Part shown: piece by piece, positions 34,437-42,984 of the stretch
Numbering within the stretch: the stretch's first letter is position 1
Layout of the letters: the number at the start of each line of letters is the position of its first letter
The notes under the pieces: generated by a model
Database searches by the model: none
Told to the model about the DNA's origin: nothing
What the model saw: the letters and a program-made list of their open reading frames with translations, nothing else
DNA from: a virus
Taxonomy: Duplodnaviria > Caudoviricetes
Direction: 5' to 3' (one strand)
Virus record (IMG/VR): IMGVR_UViG_3300043446_002312
Span: 1-54,786 of that record
Length of the DNA: 54,786 nucleotides
Made by a program: the position numbers and the translations under genes

Positions 34437-37228
34437 TTGATTAGGCCTTTCTTGATTGCGTTGAAGCGAGTGTGGAGCTTTTCGATCGCACCGATCTCAG
34501 AGAGTTCTTGCATCGAGTATTCCACGCCGGATGGCTCTTTGTCGCCACCAGGGTTAGACGGAGTGACGGTTTTTTCCTTGGGTGACTTGCGAATCCGGTT
34601 GTCGATTGCCACACTAGAGAAGTAAGCTCGCGACAGTGGGAGTTCAGGAATCCCAACTGCCGATTGAAACAAGGACCAGGTGTACATATGAGCGATTTGA
34701 AAGAGAACAGCGAACTGCTCTGCATAACGGTCTGGCGTCATAAACCAGATCTCGTCATGAATACTCAGAATGAACCGTGCCGGAATCTTATATTCCTTGG
34801 TGAGCCAGTGGATTGAGGTCAGGAAGATCGAAAGAATCTCGGCACCCGAAGATTGAATCGTCCAGTTGACTCGCCCGGTCTTGAAGTCGTCGCCCACAGC
34901 AGCTGGGCGCATCGCGGTCGAGATCTTGGTGCCCAGGCAAGGGAGCTGGGGCACACGAGTTCGCATTGCGATCTCTTCCATATAGTTGAAGCAACCGGAG
35001 TCCGAGCCACCTTCATACAGCCCTGACCGTTGTTTACCCTTCTTTCCCTCCAAGATTCGGTAGGCGAAGTTCTTCACCTCTGTTGGTGACTTCTCAGGGT
35101 ATTTGCGGCGAATGTAGGTCTGCACAGCACGGACACCAGCTCCGTACAGGACAGCGAAGCCGGCGATCTTAGCCGTATCCCGATCCACTCCAGCCAGCTT
35201 GGCGAGGGCGCTGTGTGGGTCCGTGCCTGCCTCCTTCGAGCCACTCAGAACGTTGTAACCAAAAGGTGAACAACCGACGTGACCGCCTTCCCACTTGTCA
35301 CTGTAGATTGAGGCAATCTGCATTTCCTGACCGTCAAAGTCTGCACCCACAATCTTCCAGCCATCTGGAGCTTTGACTCGCGTTTTGAGTTCAGTGCCGA
35401 TGCGCCAGTTCTTCGTGGAGCACATCGTAACCATCAGCGATTCCACAGTTCTGCGAGTAACTGTGCCATGGCAAAGAATCTCGGGCAGAGTAACCAGCGA
35501 GTCCTCACCGTAAGGGTTGTTGGCACGCAGGAAGATGCGGTCCATCACACGCTTGCGCACCGAAGTCCAGTAGGATACAGAGTTGGCAATCTCGAGTGCT
35601 CGTTTCGCCTCGGGGAGATCACTGCTGAGGCGACCAACCGCCATATCCTCGACGAAATCTTTACTCAGCACCCCGCCAACGTTGTCGCCATTTCCTTTCG
35701 GGTGTGGGATCTTCGTTAGGTTGCCATCCTCGTCGTGGTAGCACCACCCGTCATTCTTGGTGAAGATCATCGGGCTCCCCTCGTACTTGAGCTTCAGCAC
35801 TAGGTGAGCCAGGTTGGACTTCACACCAATATGCTGATTCTCGTCTTTGAGGAAAGGGCGAACCCAGTTCGGAATGTGGGCATATTTGCCTTTCGCAGAC
35901 TTGATTTCCCAGTCGAGCTGAGAAACCCACGGATCTTTGCGCACCCACTGCTGAGCCTTGGCAGGATCGTTGAGGTAGAGAACGCGCCAGTCCTCGTAAG
36001 TTTTCCACACCAGATCCTTACAGATCTGCGTCATTTCGTCGTTGTATTCCTTGTAGACGCGCTCAACATCCTCAATCCACTCCGACCAGTTATCCACAAG
36101 CGGAATGATCGAACCGTTCAGATGGTAGTGACCGCAGAGGGCAACCATCGAGGGAGTGCTATCCAAGTACTTTGGCCACAACGCCTGAAAGAGTTCGGCA
36201 GTGTAGTAAGCATCTTTCAGAGCGTAGTCAAGAGCCTCAGTTAGAACTTGGCGGATCTGAGAAAGATGGGTCGCATCAACGAAGATGTTACGGATCTTTT
36301 TATCCACTTCGCCCAGCTCTTTCACGTCCTCACCGAAATACTTTCGGACGGCTGCAACGTGGAAGTTGTAACACTGCACAAGGCTATTCGTGGCGCCTTT
36401 GTCTAGCCACTTCGGAGCATAGCGCAGTTTGCGCTTCTCTTCAGGCGTCAGACTCTCTGGGTCTTTTCCAGCAAGAACGTACAGCCAGCGTTGACCACGG
36501 GCCAATCCTGACACACCGATGTGAGCAGACAGTGTGTCAAAGTAAAAGTTTTCAGGAGTGGTTTGATCGAGCGTGTAACCCTCACGAGCACGAACACGGT
36601 CGTAGCTGATGTTGTGACCAGGAATGAAGCGGTTGGTTCCGATTGGAATCAGCTCGTGTTGATCCCATTCACTCTCGGGGAGAGTTGGATCAATTAGTTC
36701 GGAAGCTAGCCACACATACGCAGCCTTATCACTCAGAGCGGTTCCGATGATCGGAAACGCACCGCCGTGCACGTAGGTCTCGGTATCGAACGTGAACGCT
36801 TCCTCTTCAGGGAAATCAACTTTCTCGATGTACCATCCGCCAGCAGCGTCATTTTCAACCCACTCATACCGGGTCCAGCCGGATTCAAACCGGAACTCCT
36901 CAGGCGGGGGAAGCGGGGGCAGCTTGCAGCGAGAAAACTGATCGCCAAGCTCCTTATACCTGCCAACTTGATCGCTGGCAATCTTTTCGAAGTGATCGCG
37001 CAAAAAATCACCCTTCAAGTCTGGAAGCGGCAAAGGGCCATCATACAGACCTGCAGGGTGATCTACAGGAACAGAAATATCAAATTCTTTCAGCAGGTTT
37101 TCTGCTTTCTGAATGGACAGACGAGACATTTTCTGTGGCTTTTCTGTGCCAAAGATTTTGTCGTGCAGGTCGTCTGACAGAACGGGGTATCCAAGTTGTG
37201 TTTTCTTCACGGACGTTAGGTTTTTCAT
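34433..37228 (-). CDS. polA: Family A DNA polymerase, mitochondrial Pol gamma-like
   Basis: Exonuclease motifs FDTET, GHNISYDR, DTLSAHIGVSGL; polymerase motifs GTVTRRTVE, VGADFDGQE, RDTAKIAGFAVLYGAG, RVNWTIQSSG, SIHDEI, all closely paralleling POLG. Confidence 0.95.
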   Translation of the reverse strand: MKNLTSVKKTQLGYPVLSDDLHDKIFGTEKPQKMSRLSIQKAENLLKEFDISVPVDHPAGLYDGPLPLPDLKGDFLRDHFEKIASDQVGRYKELGDQFSRCKLPPLPPPEEFRFESGWTRYEWVENDAAGGWYIEKVDFPEEEAFTFDTETYVHGGAFPIIGTALSDKAAYVWLASELIDPTLPESEWDQHELIPIGTNRFIPGHNISYDRVRAREGYTLDQTTPENFYFDTLSAHIGVSGLARGQRWLYVLAGKDPESLTPEEKRKLRYAPKWLDKGATNSLVQCYNFHVAAVRKYFGEDVKELGEVDKKIRNIFVDATHLSQIRQVLTEALDYALKDAYYTAELFQALWPKYLDSTPSMVALCGHYHLNGSIIPLVDNWSEWIEDVERVYKEYNDEMTQICKDLVWKTYEDWRVLYLNDPAKAQQWVRKDPWVSQLDWEIKSAKGKYAHIPNWVRPFLKDENQHIGVKSNLAHLVLKLKYEGSPMIFTKNDGWCYHDEDGNLTKIPHPKGNGDNVGGVLSKDFVEDMAVGRLSSDLPEAKRALEIANSVSYWTSVRKRVMDRIFLRANNPYGEDSLVTLPEILCHGTVTRRTVESLMVTMCSTKNWRIGTELKTRVKAPDGWKIVGADFDGQEMQIASIYSDKWEGGHVGCSPFGYNVLSGSKEAGTDPHSALAKLAGVDRDTAKIAGFAVLYGAGVRAVQTYIRRKYPEKSPTEVKNFAYRILEGKKGKQRSGLYEGGSDSGCFNYMEEIAMRTRVPQLPCLGTKISTAMRPAAVGDDFKTGRVNWTIQSSGAEILSIFLTSIHWLTKEYKIPARFILSIHDEIWFMTPDRYAEQFAVLFQIAHMYTWSLFQSAVGIPELPLSRAYFSSVAIDNRIRKSPKEKTVTPSNPGGDKEPSGVEYSMQELSEIGAIEKLHTRFNAIKKGLIK

Positions 37229-37233
37229 GGCTT

Positions 37234-37270
37234 AGTATAGCTTTGTTACCTCGGCGGTAAACTCAGGGGT
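37234..37270 (-). promoter_or_regulatory. Sigma70-like promoter of the polymerase (near-leaderless) with a shared 14-bp element
   Basis: TTTACC-16-TATACT-5 nt-ATG; ACCCCTGAGTTTAC identical to 47409-47422. Confidence 0.6.
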
Positions 37271-37616
37271 TTACGTAGGCCAGGGTATCGATCGGCGGGG
37301 GCTCAGGGAATCCTGAGTATAGGGACGGGGTGATTGCCCTAACAGGGATTGCTCCAGCACCGTTCCAGGTGTTTGAGGGTCGCACAGGGAACCACCGGTA
37401 GATCGGTGTCCCGTTGTTGTACCCGTACACGCAAGGCTGAGCCATGAACGGGTTGCCAGCTTGCCAAGTGGGATCCGGTGGAACCTGTGTGTAATAATTC
37501 ACACTGTTGTTAGCCCAGCTTTTATAGAAGGGGGCAAGAACATTTCCAAGCAGATCTACATCCACAGTACCGGCATCAACTACGGCTTTCGCCATCTGAA
37601 CAGCACGAGGGTTCAT
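37263..37616 (-). CDS. Hypothetical Pro/aromatic-rich protein, possibly late/structural
   Basis: ATG at 37616 (MNPRAVQ), 24 nt below GGGTAAAA. Confidence 0.65.
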   Translation of the reverse strand: MNPRAVQMAKAVVDAGTVDVDLLGNVLAPFYKSWANNSVNYYTQVPPDPTWQAGNPFMAQPCVYGYNNGTPIYRWFPVRPSNTWNGAGAIPVRAITPSLYSGFPEPPPIDTLAYVNP

Positions 37617-37640
37617 ACAAATCCTATGACCATAGGTGTA

Positions 37641-37648
37641 TTTTACCC
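37641..37648 (-). promoter_or_regulatory. Putative late promoter GGGTAAAA
   Basis: 24 nt above ATG 37616. Confidence 0.65.
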
Positions 37649-37906
37649 TCAAAAGGTGCAGTCCCAGCAAAGTTTCCCGGGGTTTTCATCAAAGAGACCG
37701 AGATTTCGAGCTTCGTTGATTGCCTCCAGAACCTTCACATCGTTATTCAAACGTCGGTGAAGACGAAGACGCCACAGGGTGTATTCTCGGGCATTTCTGT
37801 CGGTAGGATCAGCGAGGTATTTCTGGTATTTGGTTTCGACTGTTTGAACAATGCCGATACCAACCTTCTCGATGAGGTGGTCAACTTTCTGAAGAGCCCG
37901 TGCCAT
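37649..37906 (-). CDS. Hypothetical protein
   Basis: 85-aa ORF coupled to the upstream gene. Confidence 0.65.
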   Translation of the reverse strand: MARALQKVDHLIEKVGIGIVQTVETKYQKYLADPTDRNAREYTLWRLRLHRRLNNDVKVLEAINEARNLGLFDENPGKLCWDCTF

Positions 37907-38712
37907 TAGTTTGCAGAATTGAAGGAGAACATTTTGAGCTCAAAGTTGCGAACACCGGAGCTTTCGTAGACGATATCTTTGTTCTTCTTGTAGATCTCGT
38001 AGGCGTCGAACACCGAAGAGAAGTGCAGCGGGCGATCAGCGGGGCTGCTTCGCCAAAGGAGCATTTCCTGAAGAGAGAGCGGCACATCGATGTCCCACTG
38101 TTCATCTCGCGAAGAGTACAGAAGTGGCAGAGCGTCATTCCGCCACCAGTCGCAGATCTGCGGGCTGTATTCATCCCAAGCCAGGGGATCTGTCAGGTGG
38201 GTGTCGCAAGTTTCTCGGATCCAGTTCACGTACTGGCGGCCACGCTCAACGACGAGATTGGCGCTCGTAGGAACTTCATCCAGAAAGTAAGCTTCCTCGT
38301 CGCCCCTAACAACCCGCTCGATAACTGCAGGGAATAGGAAGGATTCGGAGATAAGCCGGAAGTCTTCGGCACCCTCGCTAACGGAGCGCAAAACAACCTC
38401 AAGAATTGACATGGTGGTAGCAATCTGAAGTTCTTCGCCCGAAGCAGGAATCTTTGGTTTCTCGTTTGATAAACCTTTTCTCAAAAGGCTTAATTCTCTC
38501 TCAAGACGACGAACTTCTCTACCCATCTCCCGTTCAAGCTTGCTCTTGTAGATCTCGGACTGAGTAACTAAATTGTCAAATTTAGTATCAAGTTTTTCTA
38601 ACTCAGCGTCAAATTGCTCTACAGATATTTTGAGGTTGGATAGTTTCTTTTTGAGGGAAGTGACCGAGGAACGTATAGAGTTGGTTGCAAAAATTAAGTT
38701 GTCAGCAGTCAT
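37906..38712 (-). CDS. Hypothetical protein with N-terminal coiled coil
   Basis: 268-aa ORF with heptad repeats. Confidence 0.7.
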   Translation of the reverse strand: MTADNLIFATNSIRSSVTSLKKKLSNLKISVEQFDAELEKLDTKFDNLVTQSEIYKSKLEREMGREVRRLERELSLLRKGLSNEKPKIPASGEELQIATTMSILEVVLRSVSEGAEDFRLISESFLFPAVIERVVRGDEEAYFLDEVPTSANLVVERGRQYVNWIRETCDTHLTDPLAWDEYSPQICDWWRNDALPLLYSSRDEQWDIDVPLSLQEMLLWRSSPADRPLHFSSVFDAYEIYKKNKDIVYESSGVRNFELKMFSFNSAN

Positions 38713-39266
38713 CAGATCGGGCGAATCGTTGCTCTCAGTTGGTCTGTGTTGACGTCGATGACTTCAACGTTAAACGAGTATAGGCTCTCAGGGTCGCTCA
38801 GTAAATGGAAGCTTCCTTCAAACCGATCACCATCCCGGGAGCGCAGATAGAAGTTTCCGGGGGTAGGCGGGGAGCAGAGTGCAATATTACCTGCAAACTC
38901 GGGGTTGGATTCCTCGATCGCTGTAACAAGTCTCTGGTAGATTGCGGAGGCTGCCGCCATCTCACTATCATTTGAAAACTGAGCTCTCAGTTCGCCTTCG
39001 ATCGCTTCAAGGCTGGCTGCAATTCCGGTGTCAAGCACGATCTCGAAAGTCGCGCCTTCTTCCCGAGTCAGAAAACAAACTTCCTCAGAGTCAAAGTTTA
39101 AGTCATCCGGGTCTTCAAACGCTTGAAAACCATGCTCCAGAAGCTCGTAGAAGGTGTCTTTGATTGTTTCCGCGTCGGGACCGCCGAGGTAGTTGGCGAT
39201 GGCGTGGAAAATCCGAGGGTTGGCAAGCAAACGCGCCACCGGGTAAATCAGCTGTTGTTCGTTCAT
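38712..39266 (-). CDS. Hypothetical acidic protein
   Basis: 184-aa ORF; TATACT and GGGTAAAA upstream. Confidence 0.7.
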   Translation of the reverse strand: MNEQQLIYPVARLLANPRIFHAIANYLGGPDAETIKDTFYELLEHGFQAFEDPDDLNFDSEEVCFLTREEGATFEIVLDTGIAASLEAIEGELRAQFSNDSEMAAASAIYQRLVTAIEESNPEFAGNIALCSPPTPGNFYLRSRDGDRFEGSFHLLSDPESLYSFNVEVIDVNTDQLRATIRPI

Positions 39267-39324
39267 TACAGTGCTCCGCCGAAGCAGTATAGCGATCGCG
39301 TCGTTTGGTAATCGTTTAGCATTG

Positions 39325-39332
39325 TTTTACCC
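39325..39332 (-). promoter_or_regulatory. Putative late promoter GGGTAAAA
   Basis: Intergenic, after the gyrA stop. Confidence 0.6.
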
Positions 39333-39337
39333 GGCAT

Positions 39338-41332
39338 TCACAGTTTGACTTCTTCAAGGTTGGCCACCTTGATTCCTTTTGCTCCAGGGCGACCTTGCTT
39401 CACAGTGCTGATGCTAAGCTCCACCTTCTTCTTGCGCGGGGAAACCCAGGGCACGGGGTAAGAGCCTTCACCAAGGTATACAAACTCGGCTTCGGCAGGT
39501 AACCAGAGCTTCCCCTTGCTAGTTGCTTTGCACAGGTCTTCACCACTCAGCACAACAGCCTTAAGTTGATCTTCCAGTTTGAAGACACAGAGGTATTTCC
39601 GCTGAGAAACTTCAGCTTCCCGTTTCGCAAGAGCCACAGGACCGTAGCCCGTGGAGATTGGGCCCTTGAAAGTTGCCCCAACTTTCTTCAAGAAGCCATC
39701 ATGGGTCATTAAAACCAATTTTTCTTTCGCGTCGACGACCATTGCACCCCGTGGGCCCTTGGCCTGCTCAACAACACCCTTCTTCAAATCAATCTTCAGG
39801 AACCGGGGCCTAGGGGGGGCGGGGGGCCTCTTCTGCCCTGCCCTCGGGCTGGCGGCCACGCTTCCAGCCGGAGGCTCCACCAGGGCGCTCCTGCGGGCCT
39901 CACCGTGGCGTTTGGCGAGCTCAGTGATCTGTGTGTACACCCACTTCTGGCGCACCTCTTTGTTCTTTACCAGCTCGTCAAGGGTCTTCAGGCGGTCCTC
40001 CAAGGTTTGCTTCTCGGTTTCCAGTTCAGCCTGGTCAAGACCTGTGAGTTGACGAAGGCGCATCTCAAGGATTGCCTCGGCTTGATCTCGAGTGAACTTG
40101 AACGGGCGGTCCACAAGGGCAACCAGAGCCTCCTTCTTTGATGCCGACTCCTTGATCTTCTTGATGATCGCATCAATCTTGTTGATGGCTTTGATGAAGC
40201 CAATCACGATCTCAAGACGCTGCTCAGTAAGGTCTAGCTCTTGGGAGAACTTTCGCTCCAGGCGAGCCATTCGCCACGAGAACCATTTCTGACAAATTTC
40301 AACTGGGCTGAGCTCGACGGGTCGCGTACCGTCAATAACCAGCGTTTTTGCTGAATAACGAGTGTCGAGATCGGTGTATGCGTAGAGTTGCTCAACCAGC
40401 TGCTCAGTTCCAACATTGGGCTTCGCAACAATCGTGACGCGGTCTCCGGTGAGATCAGACTCGTCGATAACTTCTGCGATTCCATCGAGTTTTCCTTTCT
40501 CTAGAGCGTCACGAACTTGTTCACCGAGTTTCTCAGGGTTGACCCCAGGCGGGAAATGCGTGAATGTAATTGTGAGGCGATCTTTTGCCTTGCCGCTTCG
40601 TTTCTGTACGCCTGTCTCGTGCTTAGCGCGGCAGCGAATGTTGCCAGAGCCTGTTTCTTTGTACCTCTTGAGTTCTTCGTCATTGACAATGTCGCATCCA
40701 GTCGGAAAGTCGGGGATTAGGAGTTCGCGTGCTTTCGCCTCCTTTGGCGCTTTGAACTCGCACGCAAGTTTGGTGGCCTCTACAACTGCTCGCAGAGAGT
40801 GGGGAGCCAGCTTCGTTGAGAACCCCACGGCAATACCTGTGTCGCCATTCAGCAACACCGAAGGAATCGCAGTGTTAAACCGCTCTGCCTCCTGACGGGA
40901 TCCGTCGTAGTTCGGCCTCGTTTCCCAGGTGGCTTTGTCCTGCAGAAGCAATTCAACAGCGGAGGGTCGCAGTTTACACTCGGTATAGCGAGCGGCTGCA
41001 GGGCCGTCAACGGTGCTACCGAAGTTTCCGTGACCGTCAACCCACGGAACGTTGTTGTTCCAGGTTGTGGCCATGTTGACCAGAGTGCCGTAGCAATCGC
41101 CGTGCGGGTGGTAGTAACCCATCGCAAGGCCAGTTACGCGGGCGCACTTCACATAGCGTTTGTCTGGCATCAACCCTTCCTCAAACATCGTCTGAAGGAC
41201 GCGACGCTGGGCTGGTTTCAAACCGTCATACATGTCTGGGATGGCTCGCCCAAGAAGGACGGCCATCGAGTAAGCCATGTAATCCTCCTTCATTTGGGAG
41301 GTTAGATTGGTCGTTGTAAGGTTTTCCGTCAT
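39338..41332 (-). CDS. gyrA: Type IIA topoisomerase subunit A (GyrA/ParC-like)
   Basis: RAIPDMYDGLKPAQRR, KCARVTG, YHPHGD, GNFGS, AAARYTE (catalytic Tyr), PDFPTG, QAEAILEMRLRQLT; ATG at 41332. Confidence 0.93.
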   Translation of the reverse strand: MTENLTTTNLTSQMKEDYMAYSMAVLLGRAIPDMYDGLKPAQRRVLQTMFEEGLMPDKRYVKCARVTGLAMGYYHPHGDCYGTLVNMATTWNNNVPWVDGHGNFGSTVDGPAAARYTECKLRPSAVELLLQDKATWETRPNYDGSRQEAERFNTAIPSVLLNGDTGIAVGFSTKLAPHSLRAVVEATKLACEFKAPKEAKARELLIPDFPTGCDIVNDEELKRYKETGSGNIRCRAKHETGVQKRSGKAKDRLTITFTHFPPGVNPEKLGEQVRDALEKGKLDGIAEVIDESDLTGDRVTIVAKPNVGTEQLVEQLYAYTDLDTRYSAKTLVIDGTRPVELSPVEICQKWFSWRMARLERKFSQELDLTEQRLEIVIGFIKAINKIDAIIKKIKESASKKEALVALVDRPFKFTRDQAEAILEMRLRQLTGLDQAELETEKQTLEDRLKTLDELVKNKEVRQKWVYTQITELAKRHGEARRSALVEPPAGSVAASPRAGQKRPPAPPRPRFLKIDLKKGVVEQAKGPRGAMVVDAKEKLVLMTHDGFLKKVGATFKGPISTGYGPVALAKREAEVSQRKYLCVFKLEDQLKAVVLSGEDLCKATSKGKLWLPAEAEFVYLGEGSYPVPWVSPRKKKVELSISTVKQGRPGAKGIKVANLEEVKL

Positions 41333-41598
41333 TCGGCCTTCGGTAGAGAGCGAATTCGCTCGATCAAGGTGTCTACAGCGTCCACTGTGCAAAACCGAAT
41401 CACATCGTTGGTGATCTCAGTTTCGTACGTCAGGTGCGCGTGCTTGCCCTCATTATGGCTCAGGACGGCCACTTCGTAAAGCGCATTCTCGCCGATCTCG
41501 TATTCAGGGATAACAGAGATTCCGTAACCGTTGTCAAACAGCTCCTTATGCTGGAGTCCAAGAGGATGGGGGAAGAGTTTAAGATCTTCGAGTTTCAT
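41329..41598 (-). CDS. Small conserved-type phage protein (FDNGYGISVI...LYEVAVL)
   Basis: 89-aa ORF; motif seen in phage early ORFs. Confidence 0.75.
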   Translation of the reverse strand: MKLEDLKLFPHPLGLQHKELFDNGYGISVIPEYEIGENALYEVAVLSHNEGKHAHLTYETEITNDVIRFCTVDAVDTLIERIRSLPKAE

Positions 41599-41801
41599 TC
41601 TTCAAAAAGCTGTGCGTATTCTTCTTCGGTGACATTGTCTTCGATCTCACCGATTAGTTCTTCGTCGGTGTAACTGCCGATGTAATCTAGTTGGATATCA
41701 GCGAAGAACCGTTCAAGGTCTCGAGTAGACATTCCATCCAGGTAGCGTTCAACGAGCCATTCCACAAGATAGGAACGCTTTTCGGGGGATAATCCAGTCA
41801 T
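41595..41801 (-). CDS. Hypothetical acidic protein
   Basis: 68-aa ORF with coupled overlaps. Confidence 0.7.
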   Translation of the reverse strand: MTGLSPEKRSYLVEWLVERYLDGMSTRDLERFFADIQLDYIGSYTDEELIGEIEDNVTEEEYAQLFEE

Positions 41802-41965
41802 CAGTAGTTAGAAACAGTGGTGAAAATAGTGCCAGTATGGTTGTAACGGAGATCCACATCGCACTGGTACTCTTCACTCAAGTCGTACGCAAGATCGTAT
41901 GCACGATCAAGGTCAGTCGTAGTGTTTTCCCAGGGAGCAGCGGGACAGATCACGTCGATTCGCAT
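41801..41965 (-). CDS. Small hypothetical protein (54 aa)
   Basis: Not in the track; MRIDVICPAAPWENTTTDLDRAYDLAYDLSEEYQCDVDLRYNHTGTIFTTVSNY. Confidence 0.7.
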   Translation of the reverse strand: MRIDVICPAAPWENTTTDLDRAYDLAYDLSEEYQCDVDLRYNHTGTIFTTVSNY

Positions 41966-41981
41966 AAGGTTCTCTCTTGTC

Positions 41982-42314
41982 TCAGTTAGCCTTCAGAACC
42001 AGGCGGTCGGCAGAGGTGCCAACGCGGAACGCACCGTTCCAGAGGTAAGCACCCCAGAAGTAGGGATCCTTACCGGAAACATTCTGAAACTCGGCGGTAA
42101 TCGAGCCGTACTGCTCTTGACGATCAACCTCAAACTCCAGGTCACGCAGGTTGCGAACTCCGAAGAACTCCTTCAGGTCTTGCAGTTTGCTGAAGTACAG
42201 GTCGCCGACTTTGAACCCAACGAAACGGTTGGCATCGGTCAGGTCTGCGCCTTTGCGAACGTAGCCGGCTTTGACGACTTGGCCGGCGGTGAGGTTGGAA
42301 ACGGTTTTCTTCAT
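41982..42314 (-). CDS. Hypothetical early protein (apparently leaderless)
   Basis: 110 aa; ATG 6 nt after a TATAGT box. Confidence 0.75.
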   Translation of the reverse strand: MKKTVSNLTAGQVVKAGYVRKGADLTDANRFVGFKVGDLYFSKLQDLKEFFGVRNLRDLEFEVDRQEQYGSITAEFQNVSGKDPYFWGAYLWNGAFRVGTSADRLVLKAN

Positions 42315-42320
42315 GTAATT

Positions 42321-42386
42321 ACTATAGCGCCTTTTGCCCGTTTTCGAAAGGGGGCAGGCCGAACTATACGGTTCGGGTATCCGAAC
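42321..42386 (-). promoter_or_regulatory. Repeated early promoter cassette, copy A (divergent)
   Basis: TGCCCCC-TTTCGA-17-TATAGT-6-ATG; GTTCGG boxes 22 bp apart. Confidence 0.7.
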
Positions 42387-42389
42387 TCC

Positions 42390-42875
42390 TCACTCGTTAA
42401 CCAGCACAGCGTGCTTGTATTTATTGCGCAGGTTCAGTATGCGTGTTGCCATACCTTTTTGCCACGATTCACTTTGTGCTTCCCCTCTGCCAGCGTGACG
42501 TTTTGCCAACTCTTTCTCACTCACAGTGACAACAATTAACTCCATGTCGCCGTATTCAAACATAGCATCTAGGTTGGGATTGTTGCTCAAGCGTTCACCT
42601 TCTCCTAGTATAGTCCAGTCCGGGTGAGACTGCGACATTGAGGCCAACCACTCTCTGAATTTAGGACCTACACCTTTGCTCCACCTGTCTGTACCGCTAA
42701 AAACTTGCTCGTCGTATATGCCCAGCACGATTGTCTTCGATGTTTCAAATTTATGGTAAACCACCAAACCTTCTTTCACCAAGGTTGACTCACCTAGGGA
42801 CTTCATACGCTCACGCATCAAGGTGCTTTTACCAACCCCAGGACGTCCAATGTAGTACTGAATTTTCATGAACAT
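42390..42875 (-). CDS. P-loop kinase of DNA hypermodification (5-hydroxymethylpyrimidine DNA kinase-like)
   Basis: GRPGVGKST, FSGTDRWS, GEGERL; adjacent to the aGPT-PPlase gene. Confidence 0.75.
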   Translation of the reverse strand: MFMKIQYYIGRPGVGKSTLMRERMKSLGESTLVKEGLVVYHKFETSKTIVLGIYDEQVFSGTDRWSKGVGPKFREWLASMSQSHPDWTILGEGERLSNNPNLDAMFEYGDMELIVVTVSEKELAKRHAGRGEAQSESWQKGMATRILNLRNKYKHAVLVNE

Positions 42876-42948
42876 TCTCCTTGTTTGAGATAAAGAATTA
42901 CGCGCTCTAGAGCGGAAACTGTGTCGCCACGACTACGATTACATTGAC

Positions 42949-42977
42949 AGTATAGCCCGCTTTAGCCTACGTGTAAA
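42949..42977 (-). promoter_or_regulatory. Sigma70-like promoter upstream of the kinase
   Basis: TTTACA-17-TATACT. Confidence 0.7.
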
Positions 42978-42984
42978 GGTCGGG

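Noticed and set aside
42876-42948. ATG-TAA minigene and CGCTCTAGAGCG palindrome in the kinase leader
   Set aside because: The ATG lies only 4 nt from the -10 box, probably upstream of +1; a single palindrome is weak evidence
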